In this document: piece after piece, positions 38,025-50,900 of the stretch
Numbering within the stretch: position 1 is the stretch's first letter
Layout of the letters: each line of letters opens with the position of its first letter
Assembly (NCBI RefSeq): GCF_018977255.1
Contig: NW_024704743.1
Location: forward strand, 52,392,001-52,456,000
From: Callorhinchus milii
Taxonomy: Eukaryota
Length of the DNA: 64,000 bases
Direction of reading: 5' to 3'
The notes under the pieces: model-generated
Database searches by the model: none
The model's input: the letters and a program-made list of their open reading frames with translations, nothing else
Told to the model about the DNA's origin: nothing
Position numbers and translations under genes: made by a program

Positions 38025-40165
38025 GACTTCCTCAAGATCAAAATCGAGGGGATCCGCTCAGCCGCCCACCTCTACCCCTACAACTGCTACCCCCTCCCCA
38101 CCTCTCCCTCACACTCTGCCTCCACACCTTCGAACCTGTCTCCCCTCCTCTCTCACGATCATTATGACCCATATGATACCCTCCACCCGCTCGCTTGTCC
38201 CCATTCCTACCCCTCTCCTTATCTCCCAGCTCCACCTCCTTGCCCCTCTATTCACAGATATTATCAACCTCTCCTTGTCCACTGGCATCATTTCCACCAC
38301 CTTAAAAAACAGACATCATAACAACAACAATATATAGCGCCCTCCACGCTGGACGGCATCCCAGAGCGCTTCAAATCATCACTCCTATTCTTAAAAAAAC
38401 CTTTCCTTGACCCATCCCTGCTCTCCAGCTTTCGCCCTATCTCCAACCTCCCTTTCCTTTTCAAGATCCTTAAACAAGTCATTGCTTCCCAGCTTCATTC
38501 CTTCCTCTCCTGCCACTCCCTATACAAACTCCTCCAATCGGGTTCCAATCAACAGCCTTGGTCAAAGTGACAAATGATATTTTGTCCATCTTGACCAGGG
38601 CTCCCTCTGTATCCTCATCCTCCTTGACCTCTCCGCTACCATTGATACCATTGTGGAGTCCTGTAGCTCAGTGGTTAGGGCACTCGCTTTGCAAGCGAGA
38701 GACCTGAGTTCAATTCCAGGCAGGGCGAAACCTTGGGCAAGTTTCCTTACTCCACACGCCTAATAATAATCCCTCCAAAAACAATAATATTAAATTGGTC
38801 ATTTTCAATCCACGACTGTTTGTGGGACATTGCTGTGCGCAATTGGCTGCCGCGTTCGCCCACAAATATACAGTCAATTCACTTTACAGTGTGTTCTGTG
38901 AAGCGCTTTGGGACGTCCTCCCGACATGAAAAGCGCTATATCAAATGTAAGGATTATTATTATTATTATTATTATTGACCACTCTATCCTCCGCCACCAC
39001 CTTCCTCTCACTTCAACCTTCATGGTCTTCGACTGGTTGAGATCCTACCTTTCACACCATCTCCACTTTGTCTCCACAAATTGCTTCTCCTCTAGCCCCC
39101 GCACCATCCCATGCAGTGTTCCTCAAGGCTCTGTCTTTCGTCCTCTCATCTTCAACATGTACCTGCTCCCTCTTGGTGACATCATCTGCAGACATGGGGT
39201 CAATTTCCATATGTATGCGGATGACACCCAACTTATCTCTCTGCCTCCATCCTCGCCTCCAGGACCACTGCTGTCCTGACAGAATCTCTGTCAGACATCA
39301 AGTCCTGGATGAGAGCTAACTCTCTACAGTTGAATGTCAACAAGACCGAGGCTCTCCTGATTGGTTCCTATCAGTGTCTCCACACCTCAGGCACTGACAG
39401 CATCACCGCCCATGGTGCTCACTCCACCTTACTAAGCCGGTCCGGAACCTTGGCAACTTGTTTGACCCTCAACTATACTTTCTTCCCCATATCCGTGCCA
39501 TGTCCCGCTCTGCCTTCCCCCACCTCCTCATCATCACCCGGCTCCACCACTGTCTCACACCGCAGGCCGCCGAGACCCTCATCCATACATTTATTACATC
39601 TGGGGTCGACTACCCCAACTCCCTGCTTGTCGGCCTTCCTAACTCTTCCTCCACAAGCTGCAGATCATCCAGAACTCTGCAGCTTATGTCCTCTCCTGCA
39701 CCAGGCTCTGTGACCCCATCACCCCACCCTCACCCGGCTCCACTGGCTCCCCTTCACCCAGAGGATAGAGTTGAAAATCCTCGTCCTCACCTTCAAAGCC
39801 CAACACGGCCTTGCTCCTTCCTATGTCTGACCTGCTAATGCCATATCAACCTCTCCACTCAGCAGGCTCCGGTCAGCTCCACGTTCCCCACCCAGCCCCA
39901 CCATCGACAGTCAGGCCTTCAGCCTTTTTGCCACCACCCTTTGGAACTTTTGCCACAGCCCCTTTGCCTTGTTCCCTCCCTTGCCTCCTTCAAGGCATAT
40001 CTCAAGACCCTCCTCTTCGACCACCCTCATAGCCCTGCCCTCTACCCCTCCTGATCCCAACCCCCTGATCGGGTCCAAATCCAAATCACTGACTGTCTAG
40101 CGCCTTGAGACGTTGTCTCAACATGAAAGGCTCTACACAATGTCATTTGTTGTTGTTGTTGTAGT
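38025..40165 (+). mobile_element. 5'-truncated L2 LINE (RT region) with two nested insertions
   Basis: ITPILKKP, RPISNLPFL, LDLS, VPQGSV, MYADDTQL, LHWLP; (ttg)n tail. Confidence 0.92.
38655..38976 (+). mobile_element. Full-length tRNA-Ala(TGC)-headed SINE inserted in L2
   Basis: Splits the L2 codons DTI|DHSIL; long (att)n tail; short attg duplication. Confidence 0.92.
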
Positions 40166-42920
40166 ACCTAACCAACAGATGTTGACACATTTAATATTAA
40201 AAATGCTAACAACATTTTGCTCTTTACTAAATAATAAATGCTTGTGTTTGATAAACTATTTGTATGAATGAGGCATTGAAAAGGTTCCATTATTAGTTTG
40301 ACAGTTATTTTGATCAACTACTTGGACAGTTTGCCTTATTTGTAATCTCCTATTTTAGTTGTTTCATTCAGCTTCCATAAACAGTGGTGATACAATGTCT
40401 ACTTCTGTGAAGATTTGTCATGTGCAACAAAAATGTAGCATTTATTTTGGCATTATCCCATCAACTCTCTGATTGGGCTACAATGTGTATATGTAAAACC
40501 AGAGACAGCATATCTGTTTCCTCAAACATTTGCAGTTAGTGTTAAGTTGTTCCTCAGATACTTTTTATAATTTGCATTGTGCCATCTGCTGGGCAATTCT
40601 GCTACTGCTAGTAATTCTAATTTGTGCAGAAATGTACACTGTATTGCAATTCAATTAAGATATTGCACAAAAACGTGTTCCTGAACATATGGAAAAATGC
40701 ACCTGTTGCAGTTAAGGGCACAAAAAGGCAAATCAACTGCTGAACGTAATAATAATGTTTGGTGAAACCCTTTGGTTAAAAAACCCTTTCTAGTTGAAAA
40801 TGTAATAAATGTCATGTTATGGTAAAGCTACAGTAGAGCTAGAGCTCACGTTTTACTTTTCCAGCTATAGAATGAAATATCTAAAAGCTGTACAGTGAAA
40901 TGATTAAACATTTTGAAATCTTTCTAAAACACTGTAAAATTGTATACATCAATTGAAGTTTGGGACCTCCTCCTGATGTAAAAGGCGCTATACAAATGTA
41001 ATTTGTCGTTATTGTTGAAGTTGTGTATCTCTTGTGTTTAGCATATACTTTTTAAAAATATTCCATAAGTAAATCATCGCACTGAAATGTAAATGGTTCC
41101 CACTGTGCCTTTATATAAACAAAAATGATCCTGGAGGTGGGAACCTGTTAATCTCAAATATATATAGTTCTCTATTTGCCTGTACATCATTTTAAACATC
41201 TGAATGTTTTCTCCAATTGAAACAAGTTCAGCTCTGGGAACCTTGCCTCATAATCCACAAATCATTATCTTTTTCTTTTCTGAATGTACTTTTGTAGCAT
41301 GCTGAATAATGTACAAAACATACAAACATTTTGTTGCATAAACACGGCGTGTTGCACTACAATATGGAGATGAAGAATATTGTTTGTCAAAGGGACTTTG
41401 AGAAAGAAATCTTGTTTGAAGGAGCTAGAAGGATGCACGGGAAGTAATGATTCTGTGATACTAAACTGCGAGAGGAAATCTTAAAGCCCATGTTATTTCA
41501 AATGTCAGGAGTCTATAACCGATTCCAATACAATTGTTTTTCATTATAATAAGGAAAAGTGAAACGAAAGCAGTATTGAGTGTATACATATTTCTATGCT
41601 TTAAACCAACATTTAGGCAACTTAAAGAATGTAATACTGTTAATTCAGATCACATCAATTATGTTAATTTAATTTATAAATAATTTGTAACATTTGTTTT
41701 ATAACTCCAGTGCCATAAATGTGTGTTGCGCTCGCAAATTCCCATGGTTACAGTGTTCAAATGTGTAGAACATGTTTTCTTTTCTGTGAGCACAGTGATG
41801 AGGAGTTTGAAAACATTTTAAATTGGGGGAAGAAGAAATTGGTTGATTCTGAGAGTTTTTACACTGTTGTTTGCCTCTTGAAATGGGGTTCATCAGGGTT
41901 TGGGATGAATAATGAAACCAAGGTTTAGTTAATGAGTTTTCAGTTTCCTTCAAAACAGGAAGGGAGTTTCTCGTGAGTCCTAGGCAGTAATCCTCCAGAT
42001 ACATTTTGTAGACACATATGCTTTCAAAAACAGTCATTGTGCTCAACAGTAATGACTTGCAAAATGCTTGAAGATGTTTTCATGTGATGGTAGCACAATT
42101 AAAACATTTTTTTAAATTCTCCCTTTAAAATCCAGCGCAGACATAAATCCATTACCTTTCTTGGTTATAATAATTATGCTTCCGTATTTGGACACATTCA
42201 GCTCAGTTCCACCTAGGCTAAAACATTACACTTTTAATTTGCTGTAAAGTGGTGGTTTCAGAGGCTACAAGAATGATTAATATGGGAATTGAAAAGTATC
42301 TGGTGAAGTGAGTAATTCTGCTCTGACACTGTTAATTAAGGAAGTGAGTTGGGGCAAACTATAGTGAACCTAATTGGCTTGGGAGACAAATGTGTGACTA
42401 AAATAGAAAAGAAAGTTGCACAGTTATACTGTTGAAAGTTGTACTGATCAGCGTGAAGCTTTTTTATGAGGTAACAATCACATTTGAAATCTTTCCATCG
42501 GCAAATTTGAAAGAGGGTCTGTTAGGAAGTTGTGTGAAATCGTCATGTAAACTAATGACTTTTGGGTTAAGTCGTGAATTTATTATGAAGTAAGTGATGG
42601 TAAAGCATTGTCTTTGTCTGAATCTTTCATCATACAGAACACATGGCACACACAAAATATTTGTTCAATTTCAGTAGAAAACAAAAGCATCCATGAAGAG
42701 AAAATCCAATTTAAGTAAAAATTCTTAGTATTAAATGTGTGCACAAATGACATTTACACACACACACACATCACATTGAAATATTAAAAAAATTGTGACA
42801 TGCAAAACTGACCTTGTTGTATCTTAAAATCAGTCATCTGCAATTCTGCCTCAGAATTATCTCTAACATTAATATCTAGCACTGTTATGGTTTATGTAAG
42901 ATATGCATCTATATTTACAG

Positions 42921-43074
42921 TTTAAAGCCTGAGAAAGTTGAAAAGGAACTTGATGAACTTGCAGAAGGCGCCAAAAAGACTAAAGGGAAACGGATGAATC
43001 TGGAGGAGTTTGCTGATTATTTGAAGCTGCCAATTTGTGATGCATTAACAGATGTCTTTGTACTTTTTGATGAG
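42921..43074 (+). CDS. LPCAT1: LPCAT1 exon (approx. exon 11)
   Basis: ttacag|...|gtaaaa, 154 nt; LKPEKVEKELDELAEGAKKTKGKRMNLEEFADYLKLPICDALTDVFVLFDE. Confidence 0.94.
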
Positions 43075-43394
43075 GTAAAATTATCCATACACAAACATAA
43101 TTTTAAGTGCATGACGTGTACTTGTTTGTTGCAAATATTTAGTCTGGGTGACAATAAGGCAAAATTAATGTGCTCATAATTTACAATTTGCTATACTAGG
43201 TACCATTCTATATTTTTCACCTTTTTATTGTTTTAAAACCCAACCACTCACTCCATTTTCCTGGGCAGTACTCCATAATTCACCAAAAAAACAAATATGC
43301 AACATTTAATCATGTTGCTCTGTATCTGCCGAGTTGATGAGTATAAGCTTGGGTGGTTCTCTGCCTCAGATTGATCTCCCTTCAGTGGCTTTTG

Positions 43395-43725
43395 TTGGTC
43401 AGCTGGGTGTCTGACATATGCGGAAAGCCATCATCATGCTTAAGAGTATCCAAACCAAACTGAGAATCCATGCATCCCACCTACACATGGAAATTCCAGA
43501 GATATTTATTGGACTGGAATGTGCACTCTCTCCCTGGAGGGACGCATACTGCTTTACCTAATTCCAGAAAGTATTAGGTGCAGGTTGGCAAGAGCCATGG
43601 CTTGGGGTCCCTAGAATGTGCGTTGGGGTAATGCTGGAGTCCAACTGGCTAAACAAAACGCATAGTTTGCCATTGATATTGCTGTCTGGTAAGCTTTCCC
43701 GCTGTTTGTCCAGCTGGAACTGACT
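43395..43725. repeat. Copy of the unclassified repeat (5' portion)
   Basis: Shares atgcttaagagtatccaaacc, ctctctccctgga, aattccagaaagtat and gatattgctgtctgg with 22740-23030. Confidence 0.8.
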
Positions 43726-44399
43726 AGTTAGCTTACTGTGTTTAAAAAAAGGCTGACTTACAAGTTGTCAGGTTGCAGCTGATGTCCATTCCTGCACAGC
43801 TGCACAGGAAGCACCAATGTCACTTTTTGAAGGAAGACCTGATGATCCAGGAGTTGGCTTTTTTTGTGGTTTTTGGTTATAATGCTGGTCCTGAGAGATT
43901 GCACCCAGTTGACCATGTTATAACAGGGTTACCCTTTCCTGACCAGTTCAGCAAAATGCACATCTGTTTACACATAAAACTTCACTCAGCAAATGCACTG
44001 GTTAGCAATTTATAAGAGTTGCAGATTAGTTGACTTTTAATTTCAGTGGCAGAGTTCTGCCATCTGTTTTGCCCCAGTTTCAGTATAAACTTTCAAATAT
44101 ATGCTGGACTCAGAATAAACTGGATTATTGCTGATAGAAACAATAAATACATTTTAAATTATTTAGGCTGTGTGCATTGATGAGCTTTCAAGTAGTTTTT
44201 CAAAAAGCTTCAGGAAGGAGACCCTAAAAAGTTAATACTTTTACATGACCATCATCCAGTATCAAGGTAATGTAATGAACTGTTAGATCTATGTTGTCTT
44301 TGCTGCCACATCAGAAAAGAAAAACAGAATATAGTGCCCTTTCTGCACTATAAACAAAATCCCTTCAAATTGTAATCTAATCTAAGCATTCAGGTGACT

Positions 44400-44850
44400 A
44401 TTATAAACTGCTCAGTTTCAAAAAAGATATTGAATTGGTGGAGTACAGTGGAGGGCTGAATTCAGGGGACTGAACTAAGAGGCAGGATCGGTCATTTTAG
44501 GACTTTTGTCTCTTGAAAAGAGGAGATTGAGGACAGGAACTTGATATACAGGTATTGTAACATTATGATGGATTTAAAAAGATACATTTTTCTGACAGTT
44601 TCTGACAAGATTCAGATACAAGGGTCATAGCTTAAAAAGATGGACACAAGAAAACAAATAGGAAATGCAGGAGACTTGTTAAAATGATAGGCATTTGAAA
44701 CAAAGTGCCAACTCGGATAATTGAACAAAGAACTATTAAATTCTTGAATCTTAATGGGATTCACGGGTATTAGATGATGAAGTTAATGTGTTAAGTGGAA
44801 TGGGTGGGCTGGATAGACTGAAAGCCTGAACCTTCCTGAAGCTGTAAATA
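44400..44850 (+). mobile_element. Very old CR1 3' fragment
   Basis: Degenerate LEKRRLR and TRGHSLK-like coding remnants. Confidence 0.55.
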
Positions 44851-45289
44851 TGTTACACTAATTTTACAACATCCTTTAAACTTCAATCATATGGAAATAT
44901 TTTAGTTACAGTAAAAAAAAGCACTGTTTAACAGGCTCACAAACTTGTGGGTTCTTTAGGACTTGGTTTACTTTTCTACAAACTAGATAGTGTTATATGA
45001 TATTTTTTAAAATGTCAATAATACAGTGCATTATCATTTTAAAAAAAGATAAATTGAAAATACGCGATTAACCGAAGCTTGGGGTTTAGAAGTCTTGAGT
45101 TCAATAAACTTAGGATCGTGGGAAAGAATATGTTGGAGAAAGGAATGGAGTGATTTACAATGTGTTGATGCAGCTATAAGAAAGAACATGTCATTTCAAC
45201 GTATTTCAGTTCAAAGAGTGTTAGAAGGGCCTCCCCAGATATGGCTGAAGTATTTTTGGGGGTCAGCTGGGTGTCTGATGTATGCAAAG

Positions 45290-46087
45290 TTGGGAAGGCG
45301 AACAAGCAGGGAGTTGGCGTAGTCGAGCCTAGATGTGATGAGTGTGTGGATGAGGGTTTTGGCGGCCTGAGGGGTGGGGCAGTGACGGAACGGGGCGATG
45401 TTGCGGAGGTTAAGGAAGGCAAAGTGGGTAAAGTCCTGTGGAGTCCTGTAGCTCAGTGGTTAGAGCACTCGCTTTGCAAGTGAGAGACCCGAGTTCAATT
45501 CCAGGCAGGGCGAAACCTTGGGCAAGTTTCCTTACTCCACACAGAGCCTAATAATAATCCCTCCAAAACCAAAAACAATAATAAATTGGTCATTTTCAAT
45601 CTACGACTGTTTGCGGGACATTGCTGTGCGCAATTGGCTGCCGCGTTCGCCCACAAATATACAGTCAATTCACTTTACAGTGTGTTCTGTGAAGCGCTTT
45701 GGGACGTCCTCCCGATCTGAAAAGCGCTATATCAAATGCAAGGATTATTAAAGGCACGGATGTGGGATGGAAAGGACAGTTGAGGATCAAGCGAGACTCC
45801 AAGGTTCCAGACTAGTTCAGTGAGGTGGGGTGTGCAGCCTTGGATGGTGATGCTGCCAGTGCCTAAGGGTGAAGGTGCTTACGGGAGCCAATCAGGAGAG
45901 CCTTGCTCTTGTTGACATTCGACTGAACTTTCTAAGCATTCATCCAGGACTTGATGTCTGACAGACATTCTGTCAGGACAGCATTGGTCCTGGAGTCAAC
46001 AGAGAGATAGAGTTGGGTGTCGTCCACATACATGTGGAAGTTGACCCCATGTCTGCAGATGATACCACCAAGAGGGAGCATGTACAT
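45290..46087 (-). mobile_element. L2 RT fragment interrupted by a SINE
   Basis: Similar to 19340-19830. Confidence 0.85.
45440..45750 (+). mobile_element. Full-length tRNA-Ala(TGC)-headed SINE
   Basis: Near-identical to 38655-38976; flanked by a taaag duplication. Confidence 0.92.
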
Positions 46088-46693
46088 TAGGTGCAAGAGC
46101 CAAGACTTGGGGATCCCAGAGTGTGCATTGGGTTATTAGGCTTTCCCACTGCTTGTCCAACTAGGACCATCCTACCCATTAGGGTATTGGCTTGCAGGGA
46201 GCTAAGTAGAAAGAGTCCCTGGCCCCAATGACTGGTCTACCCTTCCAAGTCGCCAATGAGCCAGGCTAGCTGTGCATTCATCAGCAGGACCCCAGAATAC
46301 TGCAGCTCTGCCTAGTTTCAGGAACTGGACTACTGAGACTGCCAAAGCGGGTAGGCTCAGCTCCAAGAAGACCCTGGCAAGGTGGATCGTAGGTACCTGT
46401 GAGCTTCAAGGTGGGCAACACAGTTCAGCATGAAATGTGTGAGAGCATTGCCAGTATCCTCCTGTTCACAGTTGGACACACATCCCTTCCTATTGAGCAA
46501 TGGTTCCACCAGTTGGAGATGTGGAGATTAAGCAGCAACTTGTTATCTTTCTGCAAGCCAATCAATTACACCTCCTGTAAAGGTGCTACTTAGGCATTCT
46601 GAGTTTATGTTCTGCAGATTGAAGTATCACTACTATCTGTATAGATTTGTGATGTATGTTGCATTTTAATACATTTTGTGTTCTTGTTTGCAG

Positions 46694-46792
46694 AATGAAG
46701 ATGGAACAATTGATATTCGAGAGTATGTGATTGCTTTGTCTGTAGTAACAAGACCATCTAAAACTCATGAAACTATCAAATTGGCATTTAAG
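46694..46792 (+). CDS. LPCAT1: LPCAT1 exon (approx. exon 12), EF-hand
   Basis: ttgcag|...|gtaaga, 99 nt; NEDGTIDIREYVIALSVVTRPSKTHETIKLAFK. Confidence 0.95.
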
Positions 46793-46898
46793 GTAAGAAA
46801 TTGTTAAAAGTACAATCACAAATACAGTAAGGCTGTGAATGATGTGCGGTAAATGGATAATATGTCGATTTCTTCACAAAAACTATCCCCTTTACCTC

Positions 46899-47200
46899 AG
46901 TTCTGTAGCTCAGTGGTTAGAGCACTCATCTCGCAAGCTAGAGGACCTGGGTTTGATTCCCAGGTAGGGCGAAATGTTACTCGATTGGTGGATTGCTTTT
47001 CCGTGGGTAATAATCCTTTTTTAAAAAATATATATAATAATTTGGTCACTCAATCCACAATTGCTTGTGAGACACTGCTGTGCGCAATTGGCAGCTGCGT
47101 TTTGCCCACAAATATACAGTCAATTCACTTTACAGTATATTCTGTGAAGCGCTTGAGATGTCTTGAAGACATGATATATCAAAATGCAAGTATTATTATT
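46899..47200 (+). mobile_element. tRNA-headed SINE, divergent subfamily
   Basis: Same head and tail as the young SINEs, with a different linker after gggcgaaa. Confidence 0.85.
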
Positions 47201-49810
47201 AGATCATAAAATACTTCATCACCAAAACAATTCTTTATCTAGCAAGAACTGGTGTACAATACTAAGCAGAGAAAGGTCAAATATGAAAAATCTGGGCAAA
47301 GATAAGACAGATAGATGCTTGGTTGCCTTTTGCAAAGAATTCACAGAATAAATTTCAATTCTGAAAACTTGATCAAATCACCTTTAAGTAGAGCAAACCC
47401 CTGGCTTATCAGACTCCAGGTCCACAATTCAAACCTAGCCAAACGGGCCCAAAACCTAACTTTTTTTTAATTCTTCTGGGAAAAGATATCCTCACCCTGC
47501 ATGTAGACTCCCAACTCTGCTAGCAAGTGCCAATGCCACACTGAGCAGCCTCACCATCCTTGCTGGCCGGTACCAGCGTTCTGATTGCACTTAGCCGGAA
47601 ATTCTGGCTCGCTGGCCCCCATTCTTCTGACTAGTCGGGGTTTAAGTATACTTTCAATCTATCACTGCAACTTTTCATATTTTATTTATGCTTTCCATTA
47701 TTCTGTAAGATCCAGTCTACATGTTAACAATTATCAACTCTGTGAGAGGCGGCTCACTACAAACAAGCCATCCTATGTTCTTGGGGACTACAATTAAATA
47801 AGTTCCTTGATGGCAATTCACTTAGGTTGCATATTTTCAACTAGTCCTCCACTTTGAATAAACAAGCTTTAAGAAAAACTGTTGAGTATCATTTATTGCT
47901 ATTTCCTAAGAAGCTTGTTGATATGCTTCCTGTTATGATTTTAATTTCCCTGGTTGATTTAGCTGTAAGGAAAGATTTTACTCCAGGGCACTGCTGATGA
48001 CAACCCAACCAGACTGGCTCATCCACAGGACTTGGAGGGGCAGACCAGTCACAGAGAGCAGGGATTCTTCCCACTTGCCTCCTATTAGCCCTGTAGGCCA
48101 AAGCCCTAATGGTCCTAGGTGGACAAGCAGTGGGAAAACTTGCCAGATAGCATTCTCAATAGCAAACTATGCAGTTGAATTCCAGTAATGGTGCTGCTAT
48201 CCTTGAGATGAGACCTTAAACCAAGCTCCAGTCTGCACATGAAGTATTCTGCATTATATTCAAAAATAATTTCTCCCAAACCACTCTGATTAGAGAATTC
48301 ATGATCAGGAAATGCTGGTGTTGACAGTTAAATGGTTTAGCATTCCTAACTGTCCCCTGCTTTCCTGAAAGTTGCCTTGTGTCTAGATTGTTTAAAATAA
48401 CTTCTTATGGGTCATTTGTTCAAATGTCTTAGAAAGGTTAATATTTTTTGCATTACTACTCACTATCACTTGTCAGTAGCCTTGGTATTTACTTATATGT
48501 TCTACTCAATACATGAAGTGCAGATAAGTTAAATTTTTGACCCTTAGAGCATTATTTTAATGTTCCTTTATCTGGTTACGATCTCGCTCTCTGGCCGCTC
48601 AAAACCCGTAATTGAGTTCTTTCTCTTCTGCTTCCCTCCAATTCCCAGTTTCAGCAATTTATTCCTGTTAATCTTTGACCTTTTAGCTTTTGATTCACAG
48701 AAAACTGTTCTGTCGTGTTAGATATGAGATAATAAAAATATTTATTACCACTTCCTAAAATGTACATTAGGAATTGGAATAAAGAAAGAGAAATTAAGGG
48801 CAACAGCAACAATTTTACATTTAAATAGCACCTTTCACATAGGGAGTGCTTGATAGACTAGGCTTCACACTTGAGAGGAACTGCAGATGGGCGGGGTGGG
48901 GGGGCGCAAGATGATTGACTACATGGTCAAATAGGAAGGTCTTCAGGTGGATCTTGCAAGAGCCAAGGGAGGGAGTGGGTCGAAGGGGGAGTGGGTTGGG
49001 GTAGGGCAGAGCAGATGAAATGGAGCAGGCCAGTGCTTGTTGAGCCGAGGGAGTGGCTGGGTTGGTACGGTAAACAAAGTTGTTTATTTTTATAAATCAA
49101 ATATATCATTTTTGTAAATTTTTCAAAATCAAGAGGAGGCACAAAGAGAATGAGGAAAAAGTGATCATTGAGGGTGATTGCTGCTAAAGGTTTCAAATGT
49201 TCCTATTTCAATATGTGTATTTTAGTAAATTATTACATTAATAAAGACACTGCCAAAATTTAGGTAACTTTATTGCTAACAATCGTATATTTTTCAGCAT
49301 CAGTTCATGAGCTAATACCAGGGAGAAATACACTCAACAACTGGAATTTGCATAGACTTGCTGGCAATTTTATTATTATTGTTGGTATTTTCTCACACCC
49401 ATGCAATTCTTTGTTTTTGATACTTAGTTTTCTCACTTTACTGCCAATAGGATTGTCATTAAAGGCTACACATTGTTCAGTCTCAAATCTTGGACAGAAC
49501 CGTTCTATGAATGAGCACTGATTGAATTAGGAGCATGACTGGTGTACAGAGGTGAAGGGTAATGCAAAATCACATTAAAGTGCAAAGGAAGGACCACAAA
49601 GCACTGGGATGAAATAAAGCTGAAAGAGGTCAGCTGTCCCATAAATCAATCATAGAACTGGTGCATAAATCTAGAACTACTTAAAATTGTTCCTTCACTG
49701 ATCTTGCTCCTTCAGAAATCTTGGTTTTCATACAAAACCTTTTAGACTATTTAGATGTAATGTTGCATTTCAAATTTGTTATCAGGCAAAATGTGATATT
49801 GTTTTAACAG

Positions 49811-49949
49811 ATTTATGAGTCAGCTGAAGCAACTATAGTGGAAGATGATCTAGCCTGCATTTTGAAGACTGCCTTAGGTGTGAATAAACTGGATGTGTCC
49901 AAATTATTCAACGCCATTGATGTTAACGAGAAGGAAAAGATCACTCACA
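49811..49949 (+). CDS. LPCAT1: LPCAT1 exon (approx. exon 13)
   Basis: taacag|...|gtatgt, 139 nt; IYESAEATIVEDDLACILKTALGVNKLDVSKLFNAIDVNEKEKITH. Confidence 0.93.
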
Positions 49950-50706
49950 GTATGTATCACTTTCACATGACTAGCAACCAGGAATAATGTGTTAACTACA
50001 GTGAAATCACAACAAACTTAGTCCTGGTACAAACGATTTCTTTCAAAGTATATGAGTAATTTGTTGCTAAATTCTAATGTCTTCCCAATTTATTGGTGGA
50101 GCAGCCCTACTCTGTATAAACCTGATTATAAAGTACTTTATTTTCAAATTTTGTCCCAATCACCTGAATTTTTAAAAACGATTAATTTAGATTCAACTTA
50201 TCTTGACATTTCTAAGATGAATTCTTGCATTGTGAAATAATTACTATTTTTTAAATGGTTTTATTCTAACAAATATCATAACTCATAGATTTTTCCTAAC
50301 TTTCATATTATTTGTGAATCATGAATGGTGCCACAGGCCATTTTTGAAGCTGGGTTTTAGTATAATTAGTTACAATTTGTCAGAATCAATTACACCCTTT
50401 TTAAAAATAAAATAGTAAACTCCAACATTGACCAAAGTGAATAGATGTTCTTGCTGATCTCCCTCTGTTTAATAATTTACACGTATCGTGATATTGAACC
50501 TGTTGTACTTGCCTTTTATGTACTCAATTGGCCTTCATAATGAAGCATTTGCTGCACTATGGACTTTTTTATTTTAAAAAAACTGTCCTCGCATTCTTTT
50601 GTCTGCATTATCATTCAAAAGAGAAAGGGAGAACTGCACAAAAAGATTGGTGCTTTTTTAACAAATATAATCTGCTCTTCATGTGTCTTCATTTTTCCAA
50701 CTTTAG

Positions 50707-50900
50707 TGGACTTCTACGAGTTTGCTTGCATGAATCCTACTTACGCTGAGCAGTACCTTTACCCAGACCAGACAATGGGTTTCACTGGCTGCGTGAAAAA
50801 GCAGTTTGCCACGACTGCTAATGGATTTTGCATGGACTTCTCACCTGAGGACCAAGAAGAGGAAAGAGAAAGGAGTACGTTGGACAAAAAGCTTAACTAG
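50707..50900 (+). CDS. LPCAT1: LPCAT1 last coding exon, ending in dilysine ER-retrieval motif KKLN
   Basis: ctttag|; DFYEFACMNPTYAEQYLYPDQ...ANGFCMDFSPED...LDKKLN-TAG. Confidence 0.95.

Larger units (their letters stand above)
6128..50900 (+). other. LPCAT1: LPCAT1 gene body (lysophosphatidylcholine acyltransferase 1), 5'-partial; 12 coding exons
   Basis: join(6128..6342,17323..17435,17941..18001,23867..23925,25629..25663,26251..26305,32975..33057,35531..35656,42921..43074,46694..46792,49811..49949,50707..50900) gives 1333 nt in one open frame (443 aa + stop after a 1-nt phase offset). Motifs: HSSYFD (HxxxxD), FPEGT, EF-hand DENEDGTIDIREY, C-terminal KKLN. Adjacent to SLC6A3. Confidence 0.96.
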
